64,000 nucleotides of DNA, from assembly GCA_965207075.1 (NCBI GenBank), contig CBDBLO010000002.1, positions 448,001 through 512,000 of the forward strand. Reading direction: 5' to 3'. Shown here one piece after another: positions 18,917 through 29,076 of the stretch; position 1 is the stretch's first letter, and every line of letters begins with the position of its first letter. The notes under the pieces were generated by a model, which searched no databases, was not told the DNA's origin, and was given only the letters and a program-made list of their open reading frames with translations. Both the position numbers and the translations under genes were made by a program. This DNA is from Nitrosopumilus sp. Lineage in GTDB: Archaea > Thermoproteota > Nitrososphaeria > Nitrososphaerales > Nitrosopumilaceae.

Positions 18917-21322
18917 ATGATGAAGTTAATGGCAGGAGAAAGGGAGCGGAGATGTGGTGGCATGACTGTATCGGCGACAACTACAGCAAGGGCAGCGGCC
19001 GCGACACGCGCGGCGCAGCAGCAGGCTCGCGGCGGCGGCGGTAACAGCAACAGCGGCAGCAATCGCGGTAGCTCTGGCAGCTCCGGCCCCGCTACCCGCG
19101 GCAGGCGCATCGCGACCGGCTTTATGCTGGCCGCCATACTGACTGTAGGACTTGCATCGGCATCCTCCTCCATGCTGCCCCTGCCGGCGGCCCATGCCGA
19201 GTCCGTCACCGCCCTTGACATAGACGGCGACGGCGTCCCAAACTCTTCTGATCAGTGCCCGTTCCTCATGGAGGACTATGACCCGCAGTACGGCGATAAC
19301 ATAGACGGCTGCCCGGCGGACTTTGTGCCGTGGTACGACACCGACGAGGACGGAATACAGGACCACATAGACAACTGCCCTACTGTCAAGGAGACCTACA
19401 ACAGGTTTGCCGACGCCGACGGATGCCCGGACGTCTCCCCCATCACGGCGCCCAGCATGGACATTGACACCGACGGCGACGGGTTCCCGGACTATATCGA
19501 CCTGTGCCCCAACCAGCCGGAGGCGTTCAACGGGCTCAACGATCTGGACGGCTGCCCCGACGACCCGTCGATCGTATTCGACACCGACCGTGACGGGCTG
19601 TCGGACAGCATGGACGACTGCCCGGACTCCCCGGAGACGTACAATAGGTACGAGGACGGTGACGGCTGCCCGGACACGGCGCCCTTTGCGCTGCCCGAGT
19701 ACGAGTTCCCGGACACGGACTCCGACGGGATAGAGGACAGGTGGGACCAGTGCGTCGACGAGCCTGAGAACTACAACGACTACCTTGACTGGGACGGCTG
19801 TCCGGACACGCCGGGTGCGGAGTCCCTCGAGCAGCGGGATGAGGACTACGACGGAATCCCCGACGACGTGGATGAGTGCCCCCTTGAGCGGGAGAACTAC
19901 AACCGCATAGCCGATGACGACGGCTGCCCGGACGTCCTTGAGCTTGGATTCAACGGCGACATTGACCGGGACGGCGTCTCAGACCATGACGATGCCTGCC
20001 CGTTCAACGCGGAGGTATACAACATGTACGAGGACGACGACGGCTGCCCGGACATCGTGGCCTACAAGGCCGCCACCAATATCGTAGACTCGGATTCTGA
20101 CGGCATACCAGACGGCATTGACCTTTGTCCCGTCCAGCCTGAGACCATGAACGGATTCCAAGACCTCGACGGCTGCCCGGACAGCCTGCTCTTGAATGCG
20201 GACACCGACGGTGACGGACTGCTTGATGTAGACGACCTCTGCCCGTCCGAGCAGGAATCCTACAACGGCTTTGAGGATACAGACGGCTGCCCGGACAAGA
20301 CGTCCACGTCGCCCTCCGTGTTTGCGTTTCCCGATATGGACTCCGACGGGATAGATGACAGGTGGGACCAGTGTATAGACGAGCCTGAGAACTACAACGA
20401 CTACCTTGACTGGGACGGCTGCCCGGACATGAGGGCGGCCACCTCCATCATTATACCAGACGGAGATCATGACGGCATACCCGACGAGTCGGACATGTGC
20501 CCCGATGTGGCCGAGCGGTACAACGGGTACCAGGACGAGGACGGCTGCCCCGAGTCAGTCCCCAGTGACTATGTGGGCGATGCCGACTCTGACGGCATCC
20601 CGGACAATGCCGACGAGTGCCCCAACTCCCCGGAGACGTACAACAGGGTGGATGACGACGACGGCTGCCCGGACACGCTTGCCGACAACAAGTCCATATC
20701 TGACACGGACGGTGACGGACTACACGACTCGCTTGACCTCTGCCCGCTGCAGCCGGAGACCGTAAACGGTGTTCTTGATGCCGACGGCTGCCCTGACGAC
20801 CTGCTGACGGTGCTTGATGCCGACTCTGACGGCATCCCGGACAATGCCGACGAGTGCCCCAACTCCCCGGAGACGTACAACAGGGTGGATGACGACGACG
20901 GCTGCCCGGACAGCACGCAGACCGTACTTCCGCAGTACACGTTCCCCGACGTCGACTCTGACGGGGTGGACGACCGGTGGGACCAGTGCGTCGACGAGCC
21001 TGAGAACTACAACGACTACCTTGACTTTGACGGCTGCCCGGACACTCCGGCGGCCGAGTCCGTCACGCCGCTCATGATTGACTCTGACGGCGACGGATAC
21101 GTTGACATGGTCGACATGTGCCCGATCTCGCCTGAGACGTGGAACAAGTACCTAGACTTTGACGGATGCCCCGACTCGGTACCGGAGCAACAGAGGTTCG
21201 GGCACGACATTGATCTTGACGGCATACTGAACGACGCGGACCAGTGCCCGACCGAGCCGGAGGACTATGACGGCTTTGAGGATACAGACGGCTGCCCGGA
21301 TGACGGCAGCGGCGCACCCTGA
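18917..21322 (+). CDS. Secreted thrombospondin type 3 repeat protein, paralog 2
   Basis: Same repeat; hydrophobic signal ending in AHA; true start uncertain. Confidence 0.88.
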   Translation: MMKLMAGERERRCGGMTVSATTTARAAAATRAAQQQARGGGGNSNSGSNRGSSGSSGPATRGRRIATGFMLAAILTVGLASASSSMLPLPAAHAESVTALDIDGDGVPNSSDQCPFLMEDYDPQYGDNIDGCPADFVPWYDTDEDGIQDHIDNCPTVKETYNRFADADGCPDVSPITAPSMDIDTDGDGFPDYIDLCPNQPEAFNGLNDLDGCPDDPSIVFDTDRDGLSDSMDDCPDSPETYNRYEDGDGCPDTAPFALPEYEFPDTDSDGIEDRWDQCVDEPENYNDYLDWDGCPDTPGAESLEQRDEDYDGIPDDVDECPLERENYNRIADDDGCPDVLELGFNGDIDRDGVSDHDDACPFNAEVYNMYEDDDGCPDIVAYKAATNIVDSDSDGIPDGIDLCPVQPETMNGFQDLDGCPDSLLLNADTDGDGLLDVDDLCPSEQESYNGFEDTDGCPDKTSTSPSVFAFPDMDSDGIDDRWDQCIDEPENYNDYLDWDGCPDMRAATSIIIPDGDHDGIPDESDMCPDVAERYNGYQDEDGCPESVPSDYVGDADSDGIPDNADECPNSPETYNRVDDDDGCPDTLADNKSISDTDGDGLHDSLDLCPLQPETVNGVLDADGCPDDLLTVLDADSDGIPDNADECPNSPETYNRVDDDDGCPDSTQTVLPQYTFPDVDSDGVDDRWDQCVDEPENYNDYLDFDGCPDTPAAESVTPLMIDSDGDGYVDMVDMCPISPETWNKYLDFDGCPDSVPEQQRFGHDIDLDGILNDADQCPTEPEDYDGFEDTDGCPDDGSGAP

Positions 21323-21498
21323 CCTGCCTGCCGCCTCTGGATGCTGGCTGTCGCGGCAGCGGCCGAAATGAACTTCATAAATGGCCCGCCACGGGCCGAC
21401 GCAAGTGGTTCTTGGCGATGATTGCGTGGCGGCGGCATGCGCCGTCACGCGTTTTGTCGATCAGGCCGCGATGATTCATCACGATACTTAATAAACAC

Positions 21499-24384
21499 GT
21501 GATAACGAGAGATGTTGTTGGAGATATGCATTCCCTAGGCATTCCTATAACAATGATCATTTTAATCCTGAGCATTGGAATGCTCCCTTCCGGCGTCGAC
21601 ACCGCGTACGCAAACCAGGACGTAGACACGGACAGGGACGGCGTCCCGGACGCGCTGGACCACTGCCCCCACCTGCCTGAGGACTACGATCCTCAGTACG
21701 GCCATAACATAGACGGCTGTCCGGCGGACTTTGTGCCGTGGTACGACACCGACGAGGACGGGATACAGGACCATCTGGACGGCTGCCCCACCCTGAAGGA
21801 GACCTACAACAACATATCTGACCAAGACGGCTGCCCCGACCAGCTGCCGGGACAGGGCCCGTTCTCCATTGCGGACGCGGACTCTGACGGATATCCTGAC
21901 TTTATGGACCTGTGTCCGCACCAGCCGGAGACCTTCAACGGGGTCGACGACCGCGACGGGTGCCCGGACGACCTGCGAGAGGTTACCGACCGCGACCAGG
22001 ACGGGATATCCGACTCGCTCGACCTCTGCCCGCTGCAGCCGGAGGTGTACAACTTTGTCGCCGACGAGGACGGCTGCCCCGACGCCGTGCCCGACGGGCA
22101 GCCCAACCCGTACCAGTTCCCCGACGTCGACGGCGACGGCATAGACGACAGGTGGGACCAGTGCCCGTCAGAACCCGAGAACTACAACGGCGTGCTTGAC
22201 TGGGACGGGTGCGTGGACAGGCCGGGCTCGGAATCAAACCCGGTCGTCGACTCTGACTATGACTCCATACCGGACGGGGAGGACCAGTGCCCGACTGAGC
22301 GCGAAAACTACAACAAGTTCCAGGACGACGACGGCTGCCCCGACTCTCCGCAGATCTCGATATCCGGCGACGCCGACTATGACGGGGTGAGGGACGCCGC
22401 GGACAAGTGCCCGTTTGCGCGCGAGGTGTACAACATGTTCCAGGACGACGACGGCTGCCCCGACTCGCTGTATGACGCGAGGCCGGCGTACGACTCGGAC
22501 GGCGACACGATAATTGACGCGATTGACCTGTGCCCCAACCAGCCGGAGACCGTAAACGGATATCTTGACACGGACGGCTGCCCCGACTCGATTGACGCGA
22601 GCGCCGACGCGGATTCAGACGGGATACCCGACTCTGCCGACGCGTGCGCGACGGAGCCTGAGACCTACAACCACTTTCAGGACGACGACGGCTGCCCCGA
22701 CGCGCTCGGCACTGCAGTCTCACCAGGCGCCACCGCAACCTCGGCGTTCATACTTGCCGACGCGGATTCAGACGGGATAGACGACAGGTGGGACCAGTGC
22801 CCGTCAGAACCCGAGAACTACAACGGCGTGCTTGACTCAGACGGCTGCCCCGAGGTGCCCGGCGTGTCCGGCACGGGGGTGGTGGACAGCGACTTTGACC
22901 TGATACCAGACGCGATCGACAGGTGCCCGCTCCTGGCAGAACGGTACAACGGCTTTGAGGATGCGGACGGCTGTCCGGACACCGTTCAGCATGTTGCGAC
23001 CGGCGACGCCGACTACGACCTGGTGCCTGATGGCGTGGACCAGTGTCCTAACGCAAGGGAGACGTACAACCGCTACCAGGACGACGACGGCTGCCCCGAC
23101 GCGATATATGACGCGAGGCCGGCGTACGACTCGGACGGCGACACGATAATTGACGCGATTGACCTGTGCCCCAACCAGCCGGAGACCGTAAACGGATATC
23201 TTGACACGGACGGCTGCCCCGACTCGCTTGGCGCGAGCGCCGACGCGGATTCAGACGGGATACCCGACTCTGCCGACGCGTGCGCGACGGAGCCTGAGAC
23301 CTACAACCACTTTCAGGACGACGACGGCTGCCCCGACGCGCTCGGCACTGTAGTCTCCCCCGGAGTCATAACCACGTCGTTCATACTTGCCGACGCGGAT
23401 TCAGACGGGATAGACGACAGGTGGGACCAGTGCCCGTCAGAACCCGAGAACTACAACGGCGTGCTTGACTCAGACGGCTGCCCCGAGGTGCCCGGCGTGT
23501 CCGGCACGGGGGTGGTGGACAGCGACTTTGACCTGATACCAAACAGGAGTGACGCATGCCCGTTCCTGCCGGAACGGTACAACGGCTTTGAGGATACGGA
23601 CGGCTGCCCGGACATCATACAGTATGCCGCCCCGGTCGGCGACGCCGACTACGACCTGGTGCCTGACAATATAGATCAGTGTCCGAACGCAAGGGAAACG
23701 TACAACCGCTACCAGGATGCGGACGGCTGCCCCGACGGGGTACCCGACTCTAGAACCATTGTAGACAGCGACGGCGACGGACTCTATGACGTGATCGACT
23801 CATGCCCCAACCAGCCGGAGACCGTAAACGGCGTGCTTGACAGGGACGGCTGCCCCGACCAGATGCTGTCTGCGCACGATGCCGACTACGACGGCATCCC
23901 TGACAGCGCCGACGCATGCCCGATCGAGCCCGAGGTGTACAACCTCATTGACGATACCGACGGCTGCCCCGACACGGCTGCCGTCCAGACCCCCACTGAG
24001 ATGGCCCTGCCTGACGCCGACGGCGACCTCATACACGACGCCAGGGACAACTGCCCCGACGAGCCGGAGAACCTCAACGACTACCTTGACTGGGACGGCT
24101 GCCCCGACGTGAGGCCGGTTCTGAGCCCGATCCTCGACAGGCCCGACAGCGACGGCGACGGATACTTGGATGACGCGGACCTGTGTCCGACAAGCCCCGA
24201 GGTGTGGAACAAGTACAACGACCATGACGGCTGCCCCGACACGGCCCCCGAGCAGCAGAGGTTCGGGCACGACAATGATCTTGACGGCATACCGGACGGA
24301 GAGGACCAGTGCCCGGCCGAGCCGGAGGACTATGACGGCTTTGAGGATACGGACGGCTGCCCCGACGCGGCGGCTACCGGCTGA
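21499..24384 (+). CDS. Secreted thrombospondin type 3 repeat protein, paralog 3
   Basis: Same repeat; signal ending in AYA; internal duplication with a ~635-bp period. Confidence 0.9.
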   Translation: MITRDVVGDMHSLGIPITMIILILSIGMLPSGVDTAYANQDVDTDRDGVPDALDHCPHLPEDYDPQYGHNIDGCPADFVPWYDTDEDGIQDHLDGCPTLKETYNNISDQDGCPDQLPGQGPFSIADADSDGYPDFMDLCPHQPETFNGVDDRDGCPDDLREVTDRDQDGISDSLDLCPLQPEVYNFVADEDGCPDAVPDGQPNPYQFPDVDGDGIDDRWDQCPSEPENYNGVLDWDGCVDRPGSESNPVVDSDYDSIPDGEDQCPTERENYNKFQDDDGCPDSPQISISGDADYDGVRDAADKCPFAREVYNMFQDDDGCPDSLYDARPAYDSDGDTIIDAIDLCPNQPETVNGYLDTDGCPDSIDASADADSDGIPDSADACATEPETYNHFQDDDGCPDALGTAVSPGATATSAFILADADSDGIDDRWDQCPSEPENYNGVLDSDGCPEVPGVSGTGVVDSDFDLIPDAIDRCPLLAERYNGFEDADGCPDTVQHVATGDADYDLVPDGVDQCPNARETYNRYQDDDGCPDAIYDARPAYDSDGDTIIDAIDLCPNQPETVNGYLDTDGCPDSLGASADADSDGIPDSADACATEPETYNHFQDDDGCPDALGTVVSPGVITTSFILADADSDGIDDRWDQCPSEPENYNGVLDSDGCPEVPGVSGTGVVDSDFDLIPNRSDACPFLPERYNGFEDTDGCPDIIQYAAPVGDADYDLVPDNIDQCPNARETYNRYQDADGCPDGVPDSRTIVDSDGDGLYDVIDSCPNQPETVNGVLDRDGCPDQMLSAHDADYDGIPDSADACPIEPEVYNLIDDTDGCPDTAAVQTPTEMALPDADGDLIHDARDNCPDEPENLNDYLDWDGCPDVRPVLSPILDRPDSDGDGYLDDADLCPTSPEVWNKYNDHDGCPDTAPEQQRFGHDNDLDGIPDGEDQCPAEPEDYDGFEDTDGCPDAAATG

Positions 24385-24441
24385 GCGAGAGCGTCAGGCC
24401 CTGAAATAATCTAGATATACCTTTTGGGCATCCGTTTTTTC

Positions 24442-25422
24442 ATGCTTCCGCGCTTCTCCGGCAGGGCGTTTCTCGCCCCGATGGCCGGCGTAAGCGATCC
24501 GGCCCTCCGGCTGCAGTGCCGAAGGATGGGAGCCGCCCTCGTGGTGACGGAGTTTACCAGCATACACAGCGTTGTGGCAAAGCAGGAGCAGCTTGCAGGG
24601 GAAGGCCGGACGATACGGGAGTTTCTGGAGTATTCAGACGAGGAGCGCCCGCTCTCCGTCCAGCTTTTCGGCTCCGACCTCGAGGCGCTTGCAAAGGCCG
24701 CCAGGATCGTAGAGCCGCACTTTGACATCATAGACTACAACATGGGGTGCCCGGCGCCGCACATAACAAGCCAGATGGCCGGCGGGGCCCTTCTTCAGGA
24801 GGCGGACCTGACGCGCCAGATATTCCAGACGCTTACCGGCGCGGCGGGGGGCAGGACCCCCGTCACGCTAAAGGTCAGGGCCGGCGTGACTGAGTCGGAC
24901 CGGTTCCTGTTCCTGGAGGTGGCAAGGATCGCCGAGGACGAGGGGGTCGAGATGATAACGCTGCACCCGCGTACGGTCAGCCAGGGGTATTCGGGCAGGG
25001 CCGACTGGGACATGATCAGGATGCTCAAGGAGAGGTCGGACGTCCCCGTAGTGGGCAACGGCGACATCGCAACGCCGGAGGATGCAAAGGCCATGATTGA
25101 CCGGACCGGATGCGACTATGTCATGGTCGGGCGCGGGGCGATGGGAAACCCGTTTCTTTTTGAGCAGATAAACGACTATCTGGACACGGGCTCGTACTCT
25201 GCGTATACGCTTGAGGATCGACTGGACGCGTTCTTTGAGTATCTCCGCATCGCAGCGAACTACCGGATCCGCTTTGCCAACATAAAGGGGCAGGCAATGA
25301 GGTTCACAAAAGGGCTGCGCAACGGTGCCACGATGCGCTCCAGGATAACCCAATCAGAAGGCATAGACCAGCTGGCCGACGTGATGAGCAACGGCATTCG
25401 GGCCGTCTGCGCGGCGGGCTGA
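24442..25422 (+). CDS. dus: tRNA-dihydrouridine synthase
   Basis: LAPMAGVSD, QLFG, NMGCP, LHPRT, GNGD and GRGA.GNP motifs. Confidence 0.92.
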   Translation: MLPRFSGRAFLAPMAGVSDPALRLQCRRMGAALVVTEFTSIHSVVAKQEQLAGEGRTIREFLEYSDEERPLSVQLFGSDLEALAKAARIVEPHFDIIDYNMGCPAPHITSQMAGGALLQEADLTRQIFQTLTGAAGGRTPVTLKVRAGVTESDRFLFLEVARIAEDEGVEMITLHPRTVSQGYSGRADWDMIRMLKERSDVPVVGNGDIATPEDAKAMIDRTGCDYVMVGRGAMGNPFLFEQINDYLDTGSYSAYTLEDRLDAFFEYLRIAANYRIRFANIKGQAMRFTKGLRNGATMRSRITQSEGIDQLADVMSNGIRAVCAAG

Positions 25423-25545
25423 CGCGTGGGCGTCCGCCCCTTCTTAATAAGTACATATAAACTACCGCCAGCCGTATTTTCGAGAGAACCGTACTGGCCA
25501 ATCTTATATAATTGGGGGTTTCTATAGATGTATGATTAATGGAGG

Positions 25546-25794
25546 ATGCGCATAATGGCCACGGCCTACGTCCTGATAAACTGCGAGCTGGGGTCAGAAG
25601 AGGCTGTCATAAACGAGCTGAAATCCATAGAGGGTGTCGTAGAAGTGCACGGCACCTTTGGCGCGTACGACATTCTGGCCAAGGTGGAGTCGTCCTTGGT
25701 TGAGGCCCTGCGTGAGACCATCACTTGGAAGATTAGAAAGATTCCAAAGATTAGGTCCACCCTGACGCTGATGGGAATCGAGGGCCAGCAATAG
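25546..25794 (+). CDS. Stand-alone Lrp/AsnC ligand-binding (RAM) domain protein
   Basis: AYVLIN, G.YDI.AKV and IRSTLTL pattern. Confidence 0.88.
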   Translation: MRIMATAYVLINCELGSEEAVINELKSIEGVVEVHGTFGAYDILAKVESSLVEALRETITWKIRKIPKIRSTLTLMGIEGQQ

Positions 25795-25952
25795 ATTCAA
25801 CCGCGCCCACATCTTCCTTTTTTGGGTTTTCGGGGGCGCCCTTGCACCCCATGTCTTGTCTGGCTTGCCGCGCATCAGGCCCTGCCGGGCATGCGCCGTG
25901 CGGCAGCCTGGCGCGGCAGGCGGGCGGCCATGTGTGCGGCCAAAAAAAATGG

Positions 25953-26294
25953 TCAGAGGGCCTGCTCGCCGCTCTTTTTTGTTGTGATGTTCAGCACGCT
26001 GTCGACATCTGTCACCACTATGATTCCGTCACCCGGGCTTCCCGTATATGCAGCCCCTGCTATCACGTCTGAGATTCTTGGGACGTCCGCGTCGGGGACG
26101 ATGGTGGCTATGGACACGACCTCGTTATAGTCGGCAGTCATCGAGCCGGTCCCCCTTCCCATCTTGACAGTCTGCCTCTTGCTTGAGCCGCGGCCCCTTC
26201 CCTCGGTGATGGTGAAGCCTCCGACTATGTCGTTAATGGCGTCCACGACCGCGTTCTTCCTGCTGGCCGGGACGGTTGCCGTGATCTGCTTCAT
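25953..26294 (-). CDS. PII nitrogen regulatory protein
   Basis: G.T..EGRGRG and TG..GDG.I.V motifs. Confidence 0.9.
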   Translation of the reverse strand: MKQITATVPASRKNAVVDAINDIVGGFTITEGRGRGSSKRQTVKMGRGTGSMTADYNEVVSIATIVPDADVPRISDVIAGAAYTGSPGDGIIVVTDVDSVLNITTKKSGEQAL

Positions 26295-26470
26295 TGGGTA
26301 TCGCCTCCTGCATGTTTATAAAAAACTTGGGTATTGCGGCCGCGGCGCCGGAGTGGCTTGCTGGCCCTGCTCCAATCCGGCCCGGCCTAGTACCTGATGG
26401 ACGCACGGGGGCGGTATTCGCACCCCCGCCATCGCCGCCGCACGCCCCACATTGCATGCATAAATAACGC

Positions 26471-27346
26471 GTGTCTGATAGGAGACTGATGGCCGAGGCT
26501 ATGGTTGACGACGTAAAGAAGCTGCTTGATGGTGATTTTGGGGACGACAGAATCCTCAAGGACATCTACCGGGCGTGCAAGAACGGCGAGGTTATCAGCA
26601 ACTATGAGAGAAAATACGTGCGTGATCTGACGGAGCGCTATCTGAAGCCGAACCCGCTGGAGGACGCCTCGGCCCCGGCGCCTGACAAGGGCGTGACTCC
26701 GGACGTCGTACTGCCAGAGAAGGCAAGAGCCCAGGCGGAGGGCGCCCCCGGCGCATACGGGACGCATGCGTCGCCACCACCGCCGGATCCGCGCCACCGC
26801 GATCATCGTGGCCATTATGCGCAGCTGCAGCAGCAGCAGCAACAGCAGGACCGTAGCCCGGACGAAGGCGGCGAATCCGTGCGGCTCATACACTCCACTA
26901 CCAGAAAGACCGGCGGCTCCAAGGGCAAGATCGTCGCCATTTTGGCGGGAGTCATAATCGTTGCGATAGTGGCAGCCGCCGCGGCCGCGCTCCTGACGTC
27001 TGATAATGGCAGCGGCCCTGTGGGTGTTACAGTCGGGAACGGCGTCACTGTGGATCCTCCGGCGCCCGGGGAGTTCTCCGTAAGGACGGATCTTGAAAGC
27101 TACGCCGGAGGGGATCTAATATCTCTCAGCGGGTGGTCAGGTGAAGACGGACCCGTCAGCCTCTCGATTGAGAACCCGTCAGACTCCGTAGTCTGGCGTG
27201 AGTCGGTCCGGGTAGGCGGGGACGGCACGTACTCCACGCTTACCATAGCCGGCATAAGCGGCGGCTGGGCCGAGTCCGGAACCTTTGTTGTCCGCGCCGA
27301 CAACGGTGTGGATGAGGCCGAGTCGGAGTTCAGACTTGAAAACTAA
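26471..27346 (+). CDS. Single-pass membrane protein with a C-terminal Ig-like domain
   Basis: N-terminal helical domain (GD.RIL..I), poly-Q linker, one TM helix and a beta-rich C-terminus. Confidence 0.75.
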   Translation: MSDRRLMAEAMVDDVKKLLDGDFGDDRILKDIYRACKNGEVISNYERKYVRDLTERYLKPNPLEDASAPAPDKGVTPDVVLPEKARAQAEGAPGAYGTHASPPPPDPRHRDHRGHYAQLQQQQQQQDRSPDEGGESVRLIHSTTRKTGGSKGKIVAILAGVIIVAIVAAAAAALLTSDNGSGPVGVTVGNGVTVDPPAPGEFSVRTDLESYAGGDLISLSGWSGEDGPVSLSIENPSDSVVWRESVRVGGDGTYSTLTIAGISGGWAESGTFVVRADNGVDEAESEFRLEN

Positions 27347-27382
27347 CCGTACCGCCAGGACGCGCCCGCTAACTGTCTGCGT

Positions 27383-27625
27383 TCATCTGTGGCAGCAGTT
27401 GCCCTCTGCGTCCCTGTACAGTATGTAGTACTCCTCTGGACTGTCCCGGGAATTCTTGGCGTCTAGCGCGTCCTGATATCTGTCATAATGCCTTATCTCG
27501 TACAGCTCGCCCCTGACGTCTGCCAGCCGGTCGATCCCAACAAGGCAGAACCCGGAGTCCGGCGTGAGCTTTTCGCGCTGCCTTTGCAACCGAACCCGAT
27601 CTGGGCCGCCGCCGTCAGGCCCCAT
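27383..27625 (-). CDS. Small hypothetical protein
   Basis: Protein-like composition (GFCLVGID...LYEI...YYILY); start uncertain. Confidence 0.55.
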   Translation of the reverse strand: MGPDGGGPDRVRLQRQREKLTPDSGFCLVGIDRLADVRGELYEIRHYDRYQDALDAKNSRDSPEEYYILYRDAEGNCCHR

Positions 27626-27739
27626 CGCAGGCCGCCCCCTTCAAAGAGACGCGGCGCCGCAGACCCTCTTTCATTTGTGCGATGCGCGCATGGCTCCTGT
27701 TGCAATCCGCGTAGTCCATTGTGGCACCCGTTACTGACG

Positions 27740-28303
27740 TTACTGCTCGTATATCATCAGGTTTTTTTCCTCAAGCAGCGCGTGCAGGTTGTGCACCGAC
27801 CGGTACACGTCGGTCTCCTTTTTGGCCCCAGTGCAGACCAGCTTGCCTGATGCAAACAGCAGTATCACGGTCTTGGGATCCAGCATGCGGTGTATGAGTC
27901 CTGGGAACTGCTCGGGTTCGTACATGCTGCGCGGCAGCGTCCTTGCGGCCTTTTCCAGGTGGATCTTGCCGCCGAGGTTGATTGCCGCCACTATGTTCTG
28001 CACGGTTATGACGGCGTCCTTTTTTATCTTGATCTTGCCCCTCCGGAGCCTCTGCACCACCGTGTTGACCGCCTTTATGGACATCTCCTCTGACTTTGCC
28101 CCGGTGCAGACCATCTTGCCCGTCCTGAATATCAGCGTGGCCGTGCGCGGGTTGTTGAGCCTGAATACCAGCCCGGGGAACTGTTCTGGATGGTACTCGG
28201 TGTCCGGAAACTTCTTCGTAATCTCGTTGAGATCGATCTTCTGGTCGACTGATGCCGAGGCCACGACGTTCTCTACGCTCACGACAGGCTTTGTCTGGGG
28301 CAC
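27740..28303 (-). CDS. tbp: TATA-box binding protein
   Basis: Two repeats of NVVAS...Y.PEQFPGL...LIF..GK.VCTGAK. Confidence 0.97.
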   Translation of the reverse strand: MPQTKPVVSVENVVASASVDQKIDLNEITKKFPDTEYHPEQFPGLVFRLNNPRTATLIFRTGKMVCTGAKSEEMSIKAVNTVVQRLRRGKIKIKKDAVITVQNIVAAINLGGKIHLEKAARTLPRSMYEPEQFPGLIHRMLDPKTVILLFASGKLVCTGAKKETDVYRSVHNLHALLEEKNLMIYEQ

Positions 28304-28513
28304 AAAAAGCCTTTTTAAGCCTCATATATATACTAGACATTTTGGTGGCTGCCCATTCAGGCCGAAGTGCTGCCTAAAATTTCAAAACCCGGGGGCGCGT
28401 CGGTCTTCTTGTACAAACCGCCGGCATCCGGCACATGCCGGCGCCGCCTGCAGAGAAACCGACGCTGGGTCGGACCGCGGTGCGTATTGCGCACCTGCGC
28501 CTTCTGGCGCCGT

Positions 28514-28987
28514 TCAGTGGTGCCCCACCAGGCGGTAGCGGTGCTCCTCGTCGATTATCTCTGCAAGCGCTGCGCCGTCGGGACTTCCTGCCATGTCCGG
28601 CAGCCTGGCGTTAAAGAACCCGAGGCCTCCCTTGTACGGGATCGGTATCCTAAACGCCTTTGGAGACTCCAGCAGGAACCCGTACCTGTGACCCCTCTCG
28701 AGTTCTGGCCCCGTCACTGCGGCATGGTGTCTGGCTCGGTCCCTCCTCAGTTCTGCCGCGGTCTCGTATCTTGTGACGTCGTAGATCGTCGCCTTGCCTA
28801 TGATTGCGCCCGTCGCCAGCGAGTCCGGCCTCATGCCGAGCCTCCTGCAGTCTGGGATGCGCACCCTTTGCGGGGAGTGCACCAGAAACTCGCCGCGGAA
28901 TCTGGTGTTCCAGCCGCGCAGCTCGACTGTCTTCTTGCCGCGTACGATGAGGTCCGCAAAGGGCTGGCAGATTGACAGGCATTTCAT
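28514..28987 (-). CDS. ASCH domain protein
   Basis: LSICQPFA.LI..GKK.VE.R.W and KGGLGFF motifs. Confidence 0.85.
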   Translation of the reverse strand: MKCLSICQPFADLIVRGKKTVELRGWNTRFRGEFLVHSPQRVRIPDCRRLGMRPDSLATGAIIGKATIYDVTRYETAAELRRDRARHHAAVTGPELERGHRYGFLLESPKAFRIPIPYKGGLGFFNARLPDMAGSPDGAALAEIIDEEHRYRLVGHH

Positions 28988-29076
28988 GGCCGTGTAAGCG
29001 GCGGTATGCATATAATCATGGCGCCGACGGTCGCGGTGTCGGCTGCGTGCGTACCGGCACGGTGTCTGGCGCGGCC

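Noticed and set aside
16436-24384. TSP3 internal duplications as DGR template/variable repeats
   Set aside because: No reverse transcriptase is present and the differences are not confined to adenines.
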